Of a stretch of 64,000 nucleotides of DNA, positions 17,162 through 26,729 are shown one piece after another. Each line of letters begins with the position of its first letter. Position 1 is the stretch's first letter. A program made the position numbers and the translations under genes. The DNA is from an uncultured beta proteobacterium (GTDB taxonomy: Bacteria > Pseudomonadota > Gammaproteobacteria > Burkholderiales > SG8-41). Below the pieces are notes generated by a model. It was not told the DNA's origin and did not search any database. It saw only the letters and a program-made list of their open reading frames with translations. The stretch is taken from contig CAIVHG010000060.1 in the NCBI GenBank assembly GCA_903905655.1, positions 7,034 through 71,033 on the forward strand. Reading direction: 5' to 3'.

Positions 17162-18109
17162 ATGTCGGTGAGGCGCTTCGGTTTTATAATGATGTTCCTG
17201 TGCGCGGTTGCGCATGCGCAGAACTACCCGACGCGCACGGTGCGTTTCGAGACCGCCGGCCTGGGCAGCGGCGTCGATATCGGCGCGCGCCTCATCGCGC
17301 AGGTGATGTCGCCCTCGCTCGGTCAGCAGATCGTGGTCGAGAACCGCGCGAGCGGCATCATTCTCGGCGACACGGTGGCGAAGGCGGCGCCCGACGGCCA
17401 TACGCTGCTGCTTACCGGCAGCTCGTTCTGGCTCACGCCGTTTCTTCAGCCCAGCGTGTCGTGGGATCCGGTGCGCGATTTCGTTTACATCGCGGAGCTC
17501 TGGACCTCGCCGAACCTCGTTGTCGTTCATCCTTCGGTGCCGGTGCGGAACGTGAAGGAGCTGATCGCATTTGCGAAGGCGCGTCCCGGACAGCTGAATT
17601 ACGGATCGGGCGCGCCTGGCTCGACTCCTCATCTCGCGGCAGAGCTCTTCAAAGAGATGGCGAAGGTCGACATCGTGCGCATCAACTACAAGGGCGTGGG
17701 CCCGGCAGTCACCGATCTGGTCGGCGGGCAGGTGCAGGTGATGTTTCCGAACGGCAGCGCCGTGGTCAGCTATCTCACGTCGGGACGGCTGCGTGCACTG
17801 GCAGTGGCGACCGCGAAGCCCAGCGCGCTGTTTCCGGATCTGCCGACAGTCGGCAGTTCCGGGTTGCCGGGCTATGAATCCGAGGTGCTGAGCGGGATGT
17901 TCGCGCCGGCGAAGACGCCGCCCGCGATCGTCTCGCGGATCGGCCAGGAGACGCTGCGCGCGCTGGCGCGTCCAGACATCAAAGAGAAGATGTTCAACGC
18001 CGGGCTGGAAATCCTCAGCGGATCGGCCGAGCAGCTCACGGCGACGGTGAAAAAGGAAATGGCGGTATGGGGCAAGTTGATCCGCGACCAGGGCATACGA
18101 ACGGAGTGA
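17162..18109 (+). CDS. Bug/TctC family periplasmic substrate-binding protein
   Basis: Track ORF 17126..18109. I prefer the ATG at 17162, preceded by GGGGGAGG. It has a signal peptide (MSVRRFGFIMMFLCAVAHAQ) followed by NYPTRTVRF. It is a close paralog of 19180..20130. Confidence 0.9.
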   Translation: MSVRRFGFIMMFLCAVAHAQNYPTRTVRFETAGLGSGVDIGARLIAQVMSPSLGQQIVVENRASGIILGDTVAKAAPDGHTLLLTGSSFWLTPFLQPSVSWDPVRDFVYIAELWTSPNLVVVHPSVPVRNVKELIAFAKARPGQLNYGSGAPGSTPHLAAELFKEMAKVDIVRINYKGVGPAVTDLVGGQVQVMFPNGSAVVSYLTSGRLRALAVATAKPSALFPDLPTVGSSGLPGYESEVLSGMFAPAKTPPAIVSRIGQETLRALARPDIKEKMFNAGLEILSGSAEQLTATVKKEMAVWGKLIRDQGIRTE

Positions 18110-18289
18110 GGCTGCGGCACCGCCTGCAAATTCGCGGTGAGCGGAGTATAAAGATGGTCGCGCCTTAAGCGACACGCCGTTTTACTTTGACATCCACTTT
18201 CTGCGGTTCACAGGAAACTACGCAAGTTCCGCGTCTAGAGCGGCCGGAGAGCGGCTTTAAGCAATCAATTCATTGGGGAGCGTTCGCGC

Positions 18290-19093
18290 ATGCTGATCGT
18301 CGATTCACATTGCCACACGGGCAGCAACTGGGAGGAGCCGATCGAAACGCTGCTCTATCAGATGAATGCCAATGGCGTCTCGCACATCGTGCTGATCCAG
18401 TACGAGGGCTACTACGACAATTCATATCTGATCGATTGCACCAAGCGCTACGGCAACCGCTTCAAAGCCGTCATCATGCTCAATCCGGCGGATAAGTCCA
18501 GGACGAAGACGCTTGAGCGCTTGCACAAGGAAGGCGCGTCCGGCTTCAGGGTGTTGATCCGGGAAGAATGGGATGCAAACGAGCCGGTCTACGAAGTGGC
18601 GGGCAAGCTCGGGATGGTCGTGAGCGTCATGGGGAACTCCGAGCACTTTGCGGACGCCAAATTCAAGAAGCTGCTCGACCGTTGCCCCGATACGAAATTT
18701 TGCCTGGAACACCTGTGTCGTGCGGCGAAGGCCGGAACTGATTATGCGAAGCCGCCGCATGACGGATTCAAGGCTGCGCTGGAATGCGGCAAGTGGCCGA
18801 ACACCACCGTCAAGGTCCCCGGCCTCGGTGAGATCATTCCGCGCCCGCGCCCGTTTCTTCCTGGCAATGACTGCCCGTGGACCAACATCCCGCCGCTCTA
18901 CGAAATGGCGATGGAGGCGTTCGGTGTGCAAAGGATGATGTGGGGCTCCAATTTTCCGCCGTGCGCACGGCTCGAGGGCTACCGCCACGCCCTGGAATGG
19001 GTGCGCGACTACCCGGCTTTTCAGAAGAGTGACGACGTCGAATGGATCATGGGGAAATCTGCCGCCAAGTTCTGGGGCTTCCCGTCGCAGTGA
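18290..19093 (+). CDS. amidohydrolase-2 (TIM-barrel metal-dependent hydrolase/decarboxylase) family protein
   Basis: MLIVDSHCHTG carries the N-terminal HxH metal motif. The 267-aa length and the ending WGSNFP...ILGKSAAKFWG are typical of PF04909-like proteins. Confidence 0.8.
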   Translation: MLIVDSHCHTGSNWEEPIETLLYQMNANGVSHIVLIQYEGYYDNSYLIDCTKRYGNRFKAVIMLNPADKSRTKTLERLHKEGASGFRVLIREEWDANEPVYEVAGKLGMVVSVMGNSEHFADAKFKKLLDRCPDTKFCLEHLCRAAKAGTDYAKPPHDGFKAALECGKWPNTTVKVPGLGEIIPRPRPFLPGNDCPWTNIPPLYEMAMEAFGVQRMMWGSNFPPCARLEGYRHALEWVRDYPAFQKSDDVEWIMGKSAAKFWGFPSQ

Positions 19094-19179
19094 CGCTACG
19101 CACGCGCGAGCCGTGTGATAAGGAGTAGTCAGTTCGCTGGGTGGTTGTTTTTTGATTTTCTCTTTAAGGAGGAGTCAGT

Positions 19180-20130
19180 ATGTCTGCGAGACGCCTGATC
19201 GTTGTGCTATTGATGTTCCTGTGCGCTGTTGCGCAGGCGCAGAACTATCCGACACGCCCCGTGCGTTTCGTGAACGGCAGCGTCGGCGCCGGCGGCGATA
19301 TCGCATCGCGCCTGCTGGCGCCGGTGATGTCGCCGGCGTTTGGTCAGCAGATACTGATCGAGAACCGCGCGAGCGGCGTGATTCTCGGCGACACCGTGGC
19401 CAATGCAGCGCCCGACGGGCATACGTTGCTCATTTCGGGCGCCTCGTTCTGGCTCACGCCACTGCTGCAGCCCGGCGTGTCGTGGGATCCACTGCGCGAT
19501 TTCGTTCCCATCGCGCTGCTCTTCACGTCGCCGAACCTGGTCGTCGTTCATCCTTCGCTGCCGGCGAAAAGCGTCAGGGAACTGATCGCGCTGGCGAAGG
19601 CGCGTCCCGGCCAGCTGAATTACGGATCCGGCGCTCCCGGTTCGACCCCGCATCTCGCGGGTGAGCTCTTCAAGGACATGGCGAAGGTCGACATCGTGCG
19701 CATCAACTACAAGGGCATCGGCCCGGCGGTCACCGATCTGGTCGGCGGGCAGGTGCATATGGTGTTCGCCAATGGCAGCGCAGCGGTCGCCCAGCTCAAG
19801 GCCGGACGGCTGCGCGCGCTGGCGGTGGCGGCGCTGAAACCGAGCGCGCTGTTTCCGGAACTGCCGACGGTCGACAGTAGCGGGCTGCCCGGCTACGAAG
19901 CCGAGGTGCTGAGCGGCATGTTCGCGCCGGCGAAAACGCCGCCAGCGATCGTCGCGCGGATCAATCAGGAGACGCTGCGCGCGCTGAATCGGCCGGACAT
20001 CAAGGAGAGGTTGTTCAACGCCGGGCTGGAAGTGATCGCCGGCTCTGCCGATCAGCTGTTGGCTGCAGTGAAACGCGAAACGACGGTATGGGGCAAGTTG
20101 ATCCGCGAGCAGGGCATACGGGCGGAATGA
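19180..20130 (+). CDS. Bug/TctC family periplasmic substrate-binding protein
   Basis: The ATG follows AAGGAGGAG. It has a signal peptide (MSARRLIVVLLMFLCAVAQAQ) followed by NYPTRPVRF. By eye it is about 80 % identical to 17162..18109 at both protein and DNA level. Confidence 0.9.
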   Translation: MSARRLIVVLLMFLCAVAQAQNYPTRPVRFVNGSVGAGGDIASRLLAPVMSPAFGQQILIENRASGVILGDTVANAAPDGHTLLISGASFWLTPLLQPGVSWDPLRDFVPIALLFTSPNLVVVHPSLPAKSVRELIALAKARPGQLNYGSGAPGSTPHLAGELFKDMAKVDIVRINYKGIGPAVTDLVGGQVHMVFANGSAAVAQLKAGRLRALAVAALKPSALFPELPTVDSSGLPGYEAEVLSGMFAPAKTPPAIVARINQETLRALNRPDIKERLFNAGLEVIAGSADQLLAAVKRETTVWGKLIREQGIRAE

Positions 20131-20250
20131 TGCTCCGGCACATTATTGGTGAGAGATTGTACTCTTTCCAATTGCCGCTCGATCCCCTGGACCACAAGCG
20201 ATAAAGATGGAGAGATCAGCGCATAATGACGCCTTAATGGACTGCTATTT

Positions 20251-21210
20251 ATGAATTTTACCGATCATCCCGATGACCCGGAAGACGCTGAACACAACCC
20301 TGCAGAGCGTGCAGCAGCGGCGTTGCGCAGCACGCTGGTCAGCGTGGGCGCCAATCTTTTCCTGACCGTCACCCAGATCGCGGTCGGCCTCCTGGCCAAG
20401 TCTCAAGGTCTGGTCGCGGATGGCGTCCATTCGCTGTCCGATCTGGTGGCGGACTTCGTCGTGTTGTTTGCAAATCATCACAGCAAGAAGGACGCCGACG
20501 AGGACCATGCCTATGGTCACCAACGGTTCGAGACCGCCGCTTCCCTGGTGCTGGGCGTGCTGCTGTTGGTCGTAGGCGTGGGCATGTTGTGGTCGGCGTT
20601 TCTCAAGCTCCAGGACCCTGACACCGTGCAAACGGTTCATATCATCGCGCTGTGGGTGGCAGGTGGCGCCCTGGTCATCAAGGAAAGCTTGTTCCGCTAC
20701 ATGCTATGGGTGGCCAAGCGCGTCAAGTCGAGCATGCTGGTGGCCAATGCCTGGCATGCGCGCTCCGACGCAGCGTCCTCGCTGGTCGTGGGTATCGGCA
20801 TCGTTGGCAACCTGGCGGGTTACAGGATACTGGATCCGATCGCCGCACTCATCGTGGGCTTCATGGTTGCCAAAATGGGCTGGGGATTTTCTTGGGATGC
20901 GCTTCACGATCTGATGGACCGCGCCGTGGACGAGAAGGAGGTCCAAGCTATTCATAGCACGCTCGTCGAAACCCCGGGCGTGCGCGGCGTCCACGACGTG
21001 CGCACGCGAAAAATGGGCGACATGATCGTTGTCGACGCGCACATCGAGGTGGATGCCACGATCAGCGTCGAAGCTGGCCACGACATTGCCGTCGAGGCGA
21101 GGCAGCGCGTGCTGCAACGCCATCGAGTGCTGAGCCTGATGACGCATGTGGACCCATGGCGACGTCCCGATCTGGACCATGCCGCGTCGATCCCGCCGCA
21201 GACGAGATAA
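20251..21210 (+). CDS. cation diffusion facilitator (CDF) family divalent-metal efflux transporter
   Basis: It carries DGVHSLSDLVADFV and HAYGHQRFE, six predicted TM segments and a C-terminal cytoplasmic domain (VHDVRTRKMGDMIVVDAHIEV). Confidence 0.85.
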   Translation: MNFTDHPDDPEDAEHNPAERAAAALRSTLVSVGANLFLTVTQIAVGLLAKSQGLVADGVHSLSDLVADFVVLFANHHSKKDADEDHAYGHQRFETAASLVLGVLLLVVGVGMLWSAFLKLQDPDTVQTVHIIALWVAGGALVIKESLFRYMLWVAKRVKSSMLVANAWHARSDAASSLVVGIGIVGNLAGYRILDPIAALIVGFMVAKMGWGFSWDALHDLMDRAVDEKEVQAIHSTLVETPGVRGVHDVRTRKMGDMIVVDAHIEVDATISVEAGHDIAVEARQRVLQRHRVLSLMTHVDPWRRPDLDHAASIPPQTR

Positions 21211-21437
21211 GCTGTGGCGCCGGATTTGGTCATGATCAATCCTCAGGACGTCATGGCTGCGGCAGCCAGCACTGGAGCATTTGTCGACCGCATGCTCGCT
21301 TTGGTATAACGCATCGAGACGCTGCCTGATGCGGTGGAAATCATGGATATCGCGCGCTGCGGGCGCAGCACCGCGTGATTCGCGCTGATAGGGGTATGAT
21401 CGGGGTTTCAGGCATTCTGTACGAGTCGGAAGTGAGT

Positions 21438-22202
21438 ATGTCAGCGCGCATCGTCGAACTGCTCTGCGTTCTCCTTATCGCGGGTTGCATCGGGGTGCAG
21501 CAACCGCCCTCGGGCGAGCGGCCGTCGGCCGCTAAAACCCAGACCGCTGCGACCCCGAGTAAGGCGCCTGTGGTCGAGGCGATAGTCCCTGCGGCCGCGC
21601 CGCCCGTCGCCCGCTCCACAGGCGAGCCCGCGGTTAACGCAGAGTCGTCGGCGCAACGGGCTTCTATACCACGCGCACAGCCGGGCGAATCGCCTCCGAG
21701 CGTTGCGGCGCCTGTAGCAATGGCTGCGGCCGAGCCGATCGTCGCGCCGGTTGCGCCGTCCGTCACACGCCCCACAGATCAGCCCGCAGCCAACGCTGCG
21801 TCGCCAGCCGCCAAGCCTGCGGCAAAAGTTGTCGCTACTCCCCCGCCTGCCAAGCCGGTCCCGCAGACGGAGATCATCGCTCAGGCACCGGCAAAGCCGG
21901 AGACGCCGCCGTTGGATCTGAAATCTCTGGAGACGCGCCTCAAAGAGACCAAGGCCATCGGCGTGTTCACCAAACTCGCGCTCAAGAATCAGGTCGATGA
22001 CCTTTTGAGTCAATTCCGGGCGTATTACCAGGGACAGCGCAAGACCAGCCTCGGCGAGCTACGGCGGCCTTACGATATGCTGCTGCTCAAGGTGCTCTCT
22101 CTCCTGCAAGACACCGACCCGCCGCTGGCTGGTGCAATCGTAGCCTCGCGCGAAGCGATCTGGAGCATCCTTGCAGATCCCGCCAAGTTTTCAGCTATCT
22201 AA
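21438..22202 (+). CDS. lipoprotein with a long Pro/Ala-rich linker and a conserved-looking C-terminal domain; function unknown
   Basis: Track ORF 21375..22202. I prefer the ATG at 21438, which gives MSARIVELLCVLLIAGC (lipobox). About 150 aa of P/A/S-rich low complexity is followed by a helical-looking ~100-aa domain. Confidence 0.6.
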   Translation: MSARIVELLCVLLIAGCIGVQQPPSGERPSAAKTQTAATPSKAPVVEAIVPAAAPPVARSTGEPAVNAESSAQRASIPRAQPGESPPSVAAPVAMAAAEPIVAPVAPSVTRPTDQPAANAASPAAKPAAKVVATPPPAKPVPQTEIIAQAPAKPETPPLDLKSLETRLKETKAIGVFTKLALKNQVDDLLSQFRAYYQGQRKTSLGELRRPYDMLLLKVLSLLQDTDPPLAGAIVASREAIWSILADPAKFSAI

Positions 22203-22223
22203 TTTACCGGCAGGAGAAATGCT

Positions 22224-22478
22224 GTGAACAAACGCATTAGGAGTTGGACCTCGATCGTTGTGATGTCTGCGTGCTACGCCGCATCGTCGTTCGCCGCGGA
22301 GGATGTATCGCTCCTCAAGGACCTGACGTCGGTCATCGCGCTGCTGGGTTTGCCCTGCGGCCAGGTCGTCAGCGCGACGGAGCCGAAGAGCAACGAGCAT
22401 ATTGCGACCTGCACGGACGGAAGCCGCTACCGCGTATTCGTAAATGATCAGGGCCGCGTGGTCGCGCAAAAGCAATAA
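22224..22478 (+). CDS. small secreted protein, function unknown
   Basis: 84 aa. It has a signal peptide (IVVMSACYAASSFAAED), two Cys in the mature part, and a GTG start 21 nt after the preceding stop (likely co-transcribed). Confidence 0.5.
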   Translation: MNKRIRSWTSIVVMSACYAASSFAAEDVSLLKDLTSVIALLGLPCGQVVSATEPKSNEHIATCTDGSRYRVFVNDQGRVVAQKQ

Positions 22479-22584
22479 GATCTCTGAGTATTGTGCAATC
22501 CGGTGCACTCTGTGCCGCCCTGCTTGGCTGATGCTGGCATCGCTGGTAGCATTTGTCGCGTTCAACGGCTGAAGGGGATGCCCA

Positions 22585-23622
22585 ATGTTTGCCATCGGAC
22601 TGCGGTGTGATGGAGTTCGAACGAATTTCTGGCATGCACGCGATGGCCGCCACGCACCCCTGTCATTTCCCAGATCTCTTGCGTCGATGGTGCTGCTCGC
22701 GGCTGCCGCGTTCGGTGCTGTGCCGGCACCAGCGCAGGAATATCCTGGCAAGCCCGTACATTTGATTACGGGCGAACCGGGCGGCCCGAACGACTTCGTT
22801 TCGCGGCTGATCGTTGCCGGCCTCTCCGTCAACCTGAAGCAAACGGTGACGGTGGACAATCTGGGTGGCGGTGTGGTCGCCGGAGCGCTGGTGGCGAAGG
22901 CCGCACCCGACGGCTACAGCCTGCTCGCCATCGGCAGCACGCTGTGGCTGCTGCCGTACTTGCGCGACAATGTGCCCTGGGATCCGATCAAGGATTTCGC
23001 GCCCGTCACGCTGACCTCGGCCGCGCCCAACGTGATGGCAGTGCATCCGTCGTTGCCGGTCAAGTCAGTCAAAGACTTTCTGGCGCTGGCGAAGGCGCGG
23101 CCCGGTCAACTGGTGTCCGCGACCGGGCCGGCGGGCTCCGCTACTTTTCTGGCAACCGAACTGATGAAGGCGATGTCCGGCGTCTACATCGTGCGCAGGA
23201 TATATAACGGCAACGGGCCGGCGATCAAGGCGCTGCGCGAGGGCGAGGCGCAGCTGATGTTCGCAACGGCGGGCCTAGTCAAGCCGCACGTGGCAGCGGG
23301 CAGGCTGCGGGCGCTCGCGGTCACCAGCGAGCGCGAGTCCGAGTTGATTCCCGGGTTGCCGACGGTGGCGGCATCGGGCCTGCCGGGATACGAGTCGGTC
23401 GCGATGACAGGCATATTCGCGCCGGCGCAAACGCCGGCTTTGATCATCGGCTACCTCAACCGCGAAATCGCGCGCGTGCTCCACCAAGCCGACGCCAAGC
23501 AACGGCTTCTGGACTCTGGCGTCGAAGTCGTCGCGAGCACGCCGGAATCCCTGACATCCAAAATGAAATCGGAAATGACGCGCCTGGGGAAGGTCATCAG
23601 GGCTGCCGGCATACGCGATTGA
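22585..23622 (+). CDS. Bug/TctC family periplasmic substrate-binding protein
   Basis: QEYPGKPVHLITGEPGGPNDF, PDGYS and YNGNGPAIKALREGE are present. The start is uncertain: ATG at 22585 or ATG at 22687. Confidence 0.85.
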   Translation: MFAIGLRCDGVRTNFWHARDGRHAPLSFPRSLASMVLLAAAAFGAVPAPAQEYPGKPVHLITGEPGGPNDFVSRLIVAGLSVNLKQTVTVDNLGGGVVAGALVAKAAPDGYSLLAIGSTLWLLPYLRDNVPWDPIKDFAPVTLTSAAPNVMAVHPSLPVKSVKDFLALAKARPGQLVSATGPAGSATFLATELMKAMSGVYIVRRIYNGNGPAIKALREGEAQLMFATAGLVKPHVAAGRLRALAVTSERESELIPGLPTVAASGLPGYESVAMTGIFAPAQTPALIIGYLNREIARVLHQADAKQRLLDSGVEVVASTPESLTSKMKSEMTRLGKVIRAAGIRD

Positions 23623-23704
23623 CGTACTGGCATCGATAAACGGCGTCGTCCTGGGCATTGCGCACTGTATTGAACCGTATTATCATCTTCGTGCTCAATT
23701 TTGC

Positions 23705-23710
23705 TATGAT
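23705..23710 (+). promoter_or_regulatory. candidate extended -10 (TGCTATGAT) upstream of the Ala/Lys-rich protein gene
   Basis: TG-n-TATGAT lies at 23702..23710, about 83 nt upstream of the ATG at 23793. The -35 is poor. This is sequence inspection only. Confidence 0.25.
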
Positions 23711-23792
23711 ATCCAGGACTGAGAAACAATAAGCGTACGCGGGGCATCGTTTTAAAATTTTGCTTTACTCACTTAATCAGTTAGGAACGAAG

Positions 23793-24239
23793 ATGAATAA
23801 ATTTTTTGCAGTTTTGATGGCTGGTGTGTTTGGTCTGGCTTCGGTATCTGTTTTTGCAGCCGATACCGCGAGCAAAGCTGCGCCGAAAGCAGAAGCAAAA
23901 GCCGCTGCAAAAGCAGCGGACGCTGTAAAAGCGGTGGAGACTGCAAATGCCGTGACCGATGCCAATGCTGAAAAGGAAAAAGCCCTGGCTGACGCCAAAG
24001 CCGTAAAGGCCAAAGCCGCAGCCGACGCCAAAGCCGAAAAGTCGAAAGCCCTGGCTGACGCCAAAGCCGCAAAGACTAAAGCCGCAGCCGATGCCAAAGC
24101 CGCAAAGGCCAAAGCCGCAGCGGACAAGAAGGCGGCAAGGGCCAAGGCAAGGGCTGACGCCAACGCTGACAAGGAAAAAACCGTCGCTGATACCAGGGCA
24201 GAAGTGACGAAGTCTGGCGGCGATCTGAAGAAGAAGTAA
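23793..24239 (+). CDS. secreted Ala/Lys-rich repeat protein (AlgP/histone-H1-like composition)
   Basis: Track ORF 23760..24239. I prefer the ATG at 23793 (MNKFFAVLMAGVFGLASVSVFA). The mature part is iterated EK.KALADAKA.K.KAAADAKA units. Confidence 0.7.
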   Translation: MNKFFAVLMAGVFGLASVSVFAADTASKAAPKAEAKAAAKAADAVKAVETANAVTDANAEKEKALADAKAVKAKAAADAKAEKSKALADAKAAKTKAAADAKAAKAKAAADKKAARAKARADANADKEKTVADTRAEVTKSGGDLKKK

Positions 24240-24263
24240 TCCTCTTCACGGTATTCGAGAAAG

Positions 24264-24288
24264 GCGGGGCTCAGGCCCCGCTTTTTTT
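24264..24288 (+). terminator. rho-independent terminator
   Basis: GCGGGGC-TCAG-GCCCCGC is followed by TTTTTTT, 25 nt after the stop at 24239. Confidence 0.85.
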
Positions 24289-24357
24289 GTATGCGCGGGA
24301 CCAAAGCGCGCAGCATCACAATCCTCATTTCATGACAGGCTGATCAGGAAGGGGCAA

Positions 24358-25761
24358 ATGATTGCTCAGAAGAAAGCGTTAACCAGCGTCGCGCAGGCGG
24401 CGACGATCAGCGGGAAGCTGGCCAGGTTCGCCGCGGAACTGAGATTCGAGGACCTGCCGCAAGACGTCATCGAGCGGGCGCGCCTGGTGCTGCTCGATGG
24501 GCTGGGTTGTGCCCTGGCAGGTTCTGCCACTGAAGATCTGCGCTTGATCCGGGAGTCGATGCTGGCTGCCGTCGGATGCGATGGGGATACCCTGTTATGG
24601 GGGACCAGCAGCCGGGCGCCGTTGCCGTTTGCAGCACTCGCCAATGCGGCGGCGGTGCATGCGCGCGAGATGGACGATTTCGAGGGCTGCCTGCATTCGG
24701 GTTCCGTCATCATTCCGGCGGCGTGTGGCGTGGCTGCCAGAGTGGGGGCCAGTGGCAAAGATCTCATCAGGGCCATCGTGGTCGGCTACGACATAGCGCG
24801 CCGGGTCCTCGAAGGCTGTGGCGGAAACGGCCCGCTCAAGGAGGCGGGTTGGCACTCGACCAGCATTTGCGGTGGGTTCGGCGCCGCAGCGGCTGCGGGC
24901 TGTCTGCTGGGGTTGGACGCTCAACGCCTGCAGTGGGCGTTGGGCTACGCGGGCAGCAATGCCGGCGGCACCTGGGCATTCATTGCGGACGGAGCAATGA
25001 GCAAGCGGGTGCATCCGGGATTTGCCGCACAGTCAGGCATCCAGGCCGCCTATCTTGCGGCCAGTGGCGTGACCGGACCCACGAGCATATTCGAAGCCGA
25101 ATGGGGCGGATTCTTCCCGGTCTATGCGGGAGAAAGTGCGCAACCCGCAAGGGCGATCGAAGATCTCGGGCAGGATTATCGCATCAGGATTGTCGGGTTC
25201 AAGCCCTACGCGGCCTGCCGCGGTACACATGGCAGCATAGATTCCGTCCTGGATTTGCGCAGCGAATTCGGACTCTCGCTGGATTCCGTCGAACGGGTCA
25301 CGGTGCGTGGCAGCGCTACGCATAAGAAGCAACTGGCGAAGCAGAAAGTGACGACCCTGCTGGACGCACAGTTCAGCATTCCGTACAGCATTGCGGTAGC
25401 GCTTGCGACGGGAGGTGCAATGCTGGACCAGTATTCAGAAAGCGCACTGCGCCGTCCGGAGATACTGGAGATGGCGGGGCGCGTCGACCTGGTCGTGGAT
25501 CCCAGCGTGGTCACTGGCGAGCAGCCTTTTATAGACGTGCACCTGAAAGACGGCAGAGTATTGACCAGGCGCACGTTGATACCCCGCGGGGATCGGCGAA
25601 ATCCGCTGAGTGAGGACGTGTTCCAGGCAAAATTCCGGGCGAATGCCCAGCTCGTGCTGAACGAGAAACAAATTGATAAACTGCAGAGCAGCATCCGCAA
25701 TATCGTCGATGTAGCGAATGTTGCCGACCTCGTCGCGTGTCTGCGGCCTGTGAGTGTATAG
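24358..25761 (+). CDS. MmgE/PrpD family protein, paralog 3
   Basis: 467 aa. LARFAAELRFEDLPQDVIERARLVLLDGLGCALAGS plus the typical family layout. Confidence 0.85.
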   Translation: MIAQKKALTSVAQAATISGKLARFAAELRFEDLPQDVIERARLVLLDGLGCALAGSATEDLRLIRESMLAAVGCDGDTLLWGTSSRAPLPFAALANAAAVHAREMDDFEGCLHSGSVIIPAACGVAARVGASGKDLIRAIVVGYDIARRVLEGCGGNGPLKEAGWHSTSICGGFGAAAAAGCLLGLDAQRLQWALGYAGSNAGGTWAFIADGAMSKRVHPGFAAQSGIQAAYLAASGVTGPTSIFEAEWGGFFPVYAGESAQPARAIEDLGQDYRIRIVGFKPYAACRGTHGSIDSVLDLRSEFGLSLDSVERVTVRGSATHKKQLAKQKVTTLLDAQFSIPYSIAVALATGGAMLDQYSESALRRPEILEMAGRVDLVVDPSVVTGEQPFIDVHLKDGRVLTRRTLIPRGDRRNPLSEDVFQAKFRANAQLVLNEKQIDKLQSSIRNIVDVANVADLVACLRPVSV

Positions 25762-25778
25762 ATTAACGGAGAATTATT

Positions 25779-26729
25779 TTGTTGTTCAACCATATTGGTC
25801 CGCTGGTGGCGATCCTGTTCTTTGCGTCCAGCGGCGCTGCGATGGCACAGGCTTACCCGAGCAAGCTGATCCGCATATTGGCGGCTGCTCCGGGCGGCGG
25901 CGGCGATCTTTCGGCTCGGGTCATTGCCCAGGAGTTGCGCAGAATCCTGGGCCAGGCGGTAGTCGTGGAGAACCGGACGGGCATACTCTCCGTGTCCGCT
26001 GTCGCGTCGGCGCCCGCGGACGGCTACACGCTGCTGTCCGCCGCATCGTCGCTGTGGATCGGGCCATTGTTCAACGAGATGCCCTATGACCCGATCAAGG
26101 ATTTCGCGCCGATATCGCTGGTGATCACGACTCCGACTGTACTCGTGGTGCATCCTTCACTGCCGGTGAGGACGGTGAAGGACCTGATCGCGTTGGCGAA
26201 GTCCAAGCCCGGCGTTCTGAATTACGGGTCAGGGGCGATCGGTTCTTCCAATCACCTGGCCGCGGAATTGTTCAATCAGATGGCCGGCGTGCGGATCGTC
26301 AACATACTGTACAAAGGCACGAGTGCTGCGCTGACAGACGTCATTGGCGGGCGCCTGGAGATCATGTTTGCGCCGGCCGAGGTTGCTGCGCAGCAGGTGA
26401 AGACGGGCAAGCTCAAGGCGCTTGCCGTCACCAGCCCACGGCCGTCCAAATTGGCTCCGGGACTGCCGACGATGGCGGCATCGGGCCTGCCTGGCTTCGA
26501 AGCTGAAGCGTTCTATGGTTTGTTGGCGCCCGCGGCTACGGATTCTGCAATCGTCAGTCGACTCAATCGCGAGGTGGTGCAGGCACTGAGCAGGCCGGAC
26601 GTCAAAGAAAAGCTGACGAATGGCGGCTTTGAGATACTCGGAAATAAGCCGGAGGAATTCGCGGGCGTGATGAAAGAGGATGTCGCGCGCTGGAAGAAAG
26701 TCGCCGACCGGCTCAAACTGACCAAATAG
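25779..26729 (+). CDS. Bug/TctC family periplasmic substrate-binding protein
   Basis: The start is a TTG 7 nt after ACGGAG. It has a signal peptide followed by QAYPSKLIRILAAAPGGGGD. ADGYT and LYKGTSAALTDVIGG are present. Confidence 0.9.
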   Translation: MLFNHIGPLVAILFFASSGAAMAQAYPSKLIRILAAAPGGGGDLSARVIAQELRRILGQAVVVENRTGILSVSAVASAPADGYTLLSAASSLWIGPLFNEMPYDPIKDFAPISLVITTPTVLVVHPSLPVRTVKDLIALAKSKPGVLNYGSGAIGSSNHLAAELFNQMAGVRIVNILYKGTSAALTDVIGGRLEIMFAPAEVAAQQVKTGKLKALAVTSPRPSKLAPGLPTMAASGLPGFEAEAFYGLLAPAATDSAIVSRLNREVVQALSRPDVKEKLTNGGFEILGNKPEEFAGVMKEDVARWKKVADRLKLTK

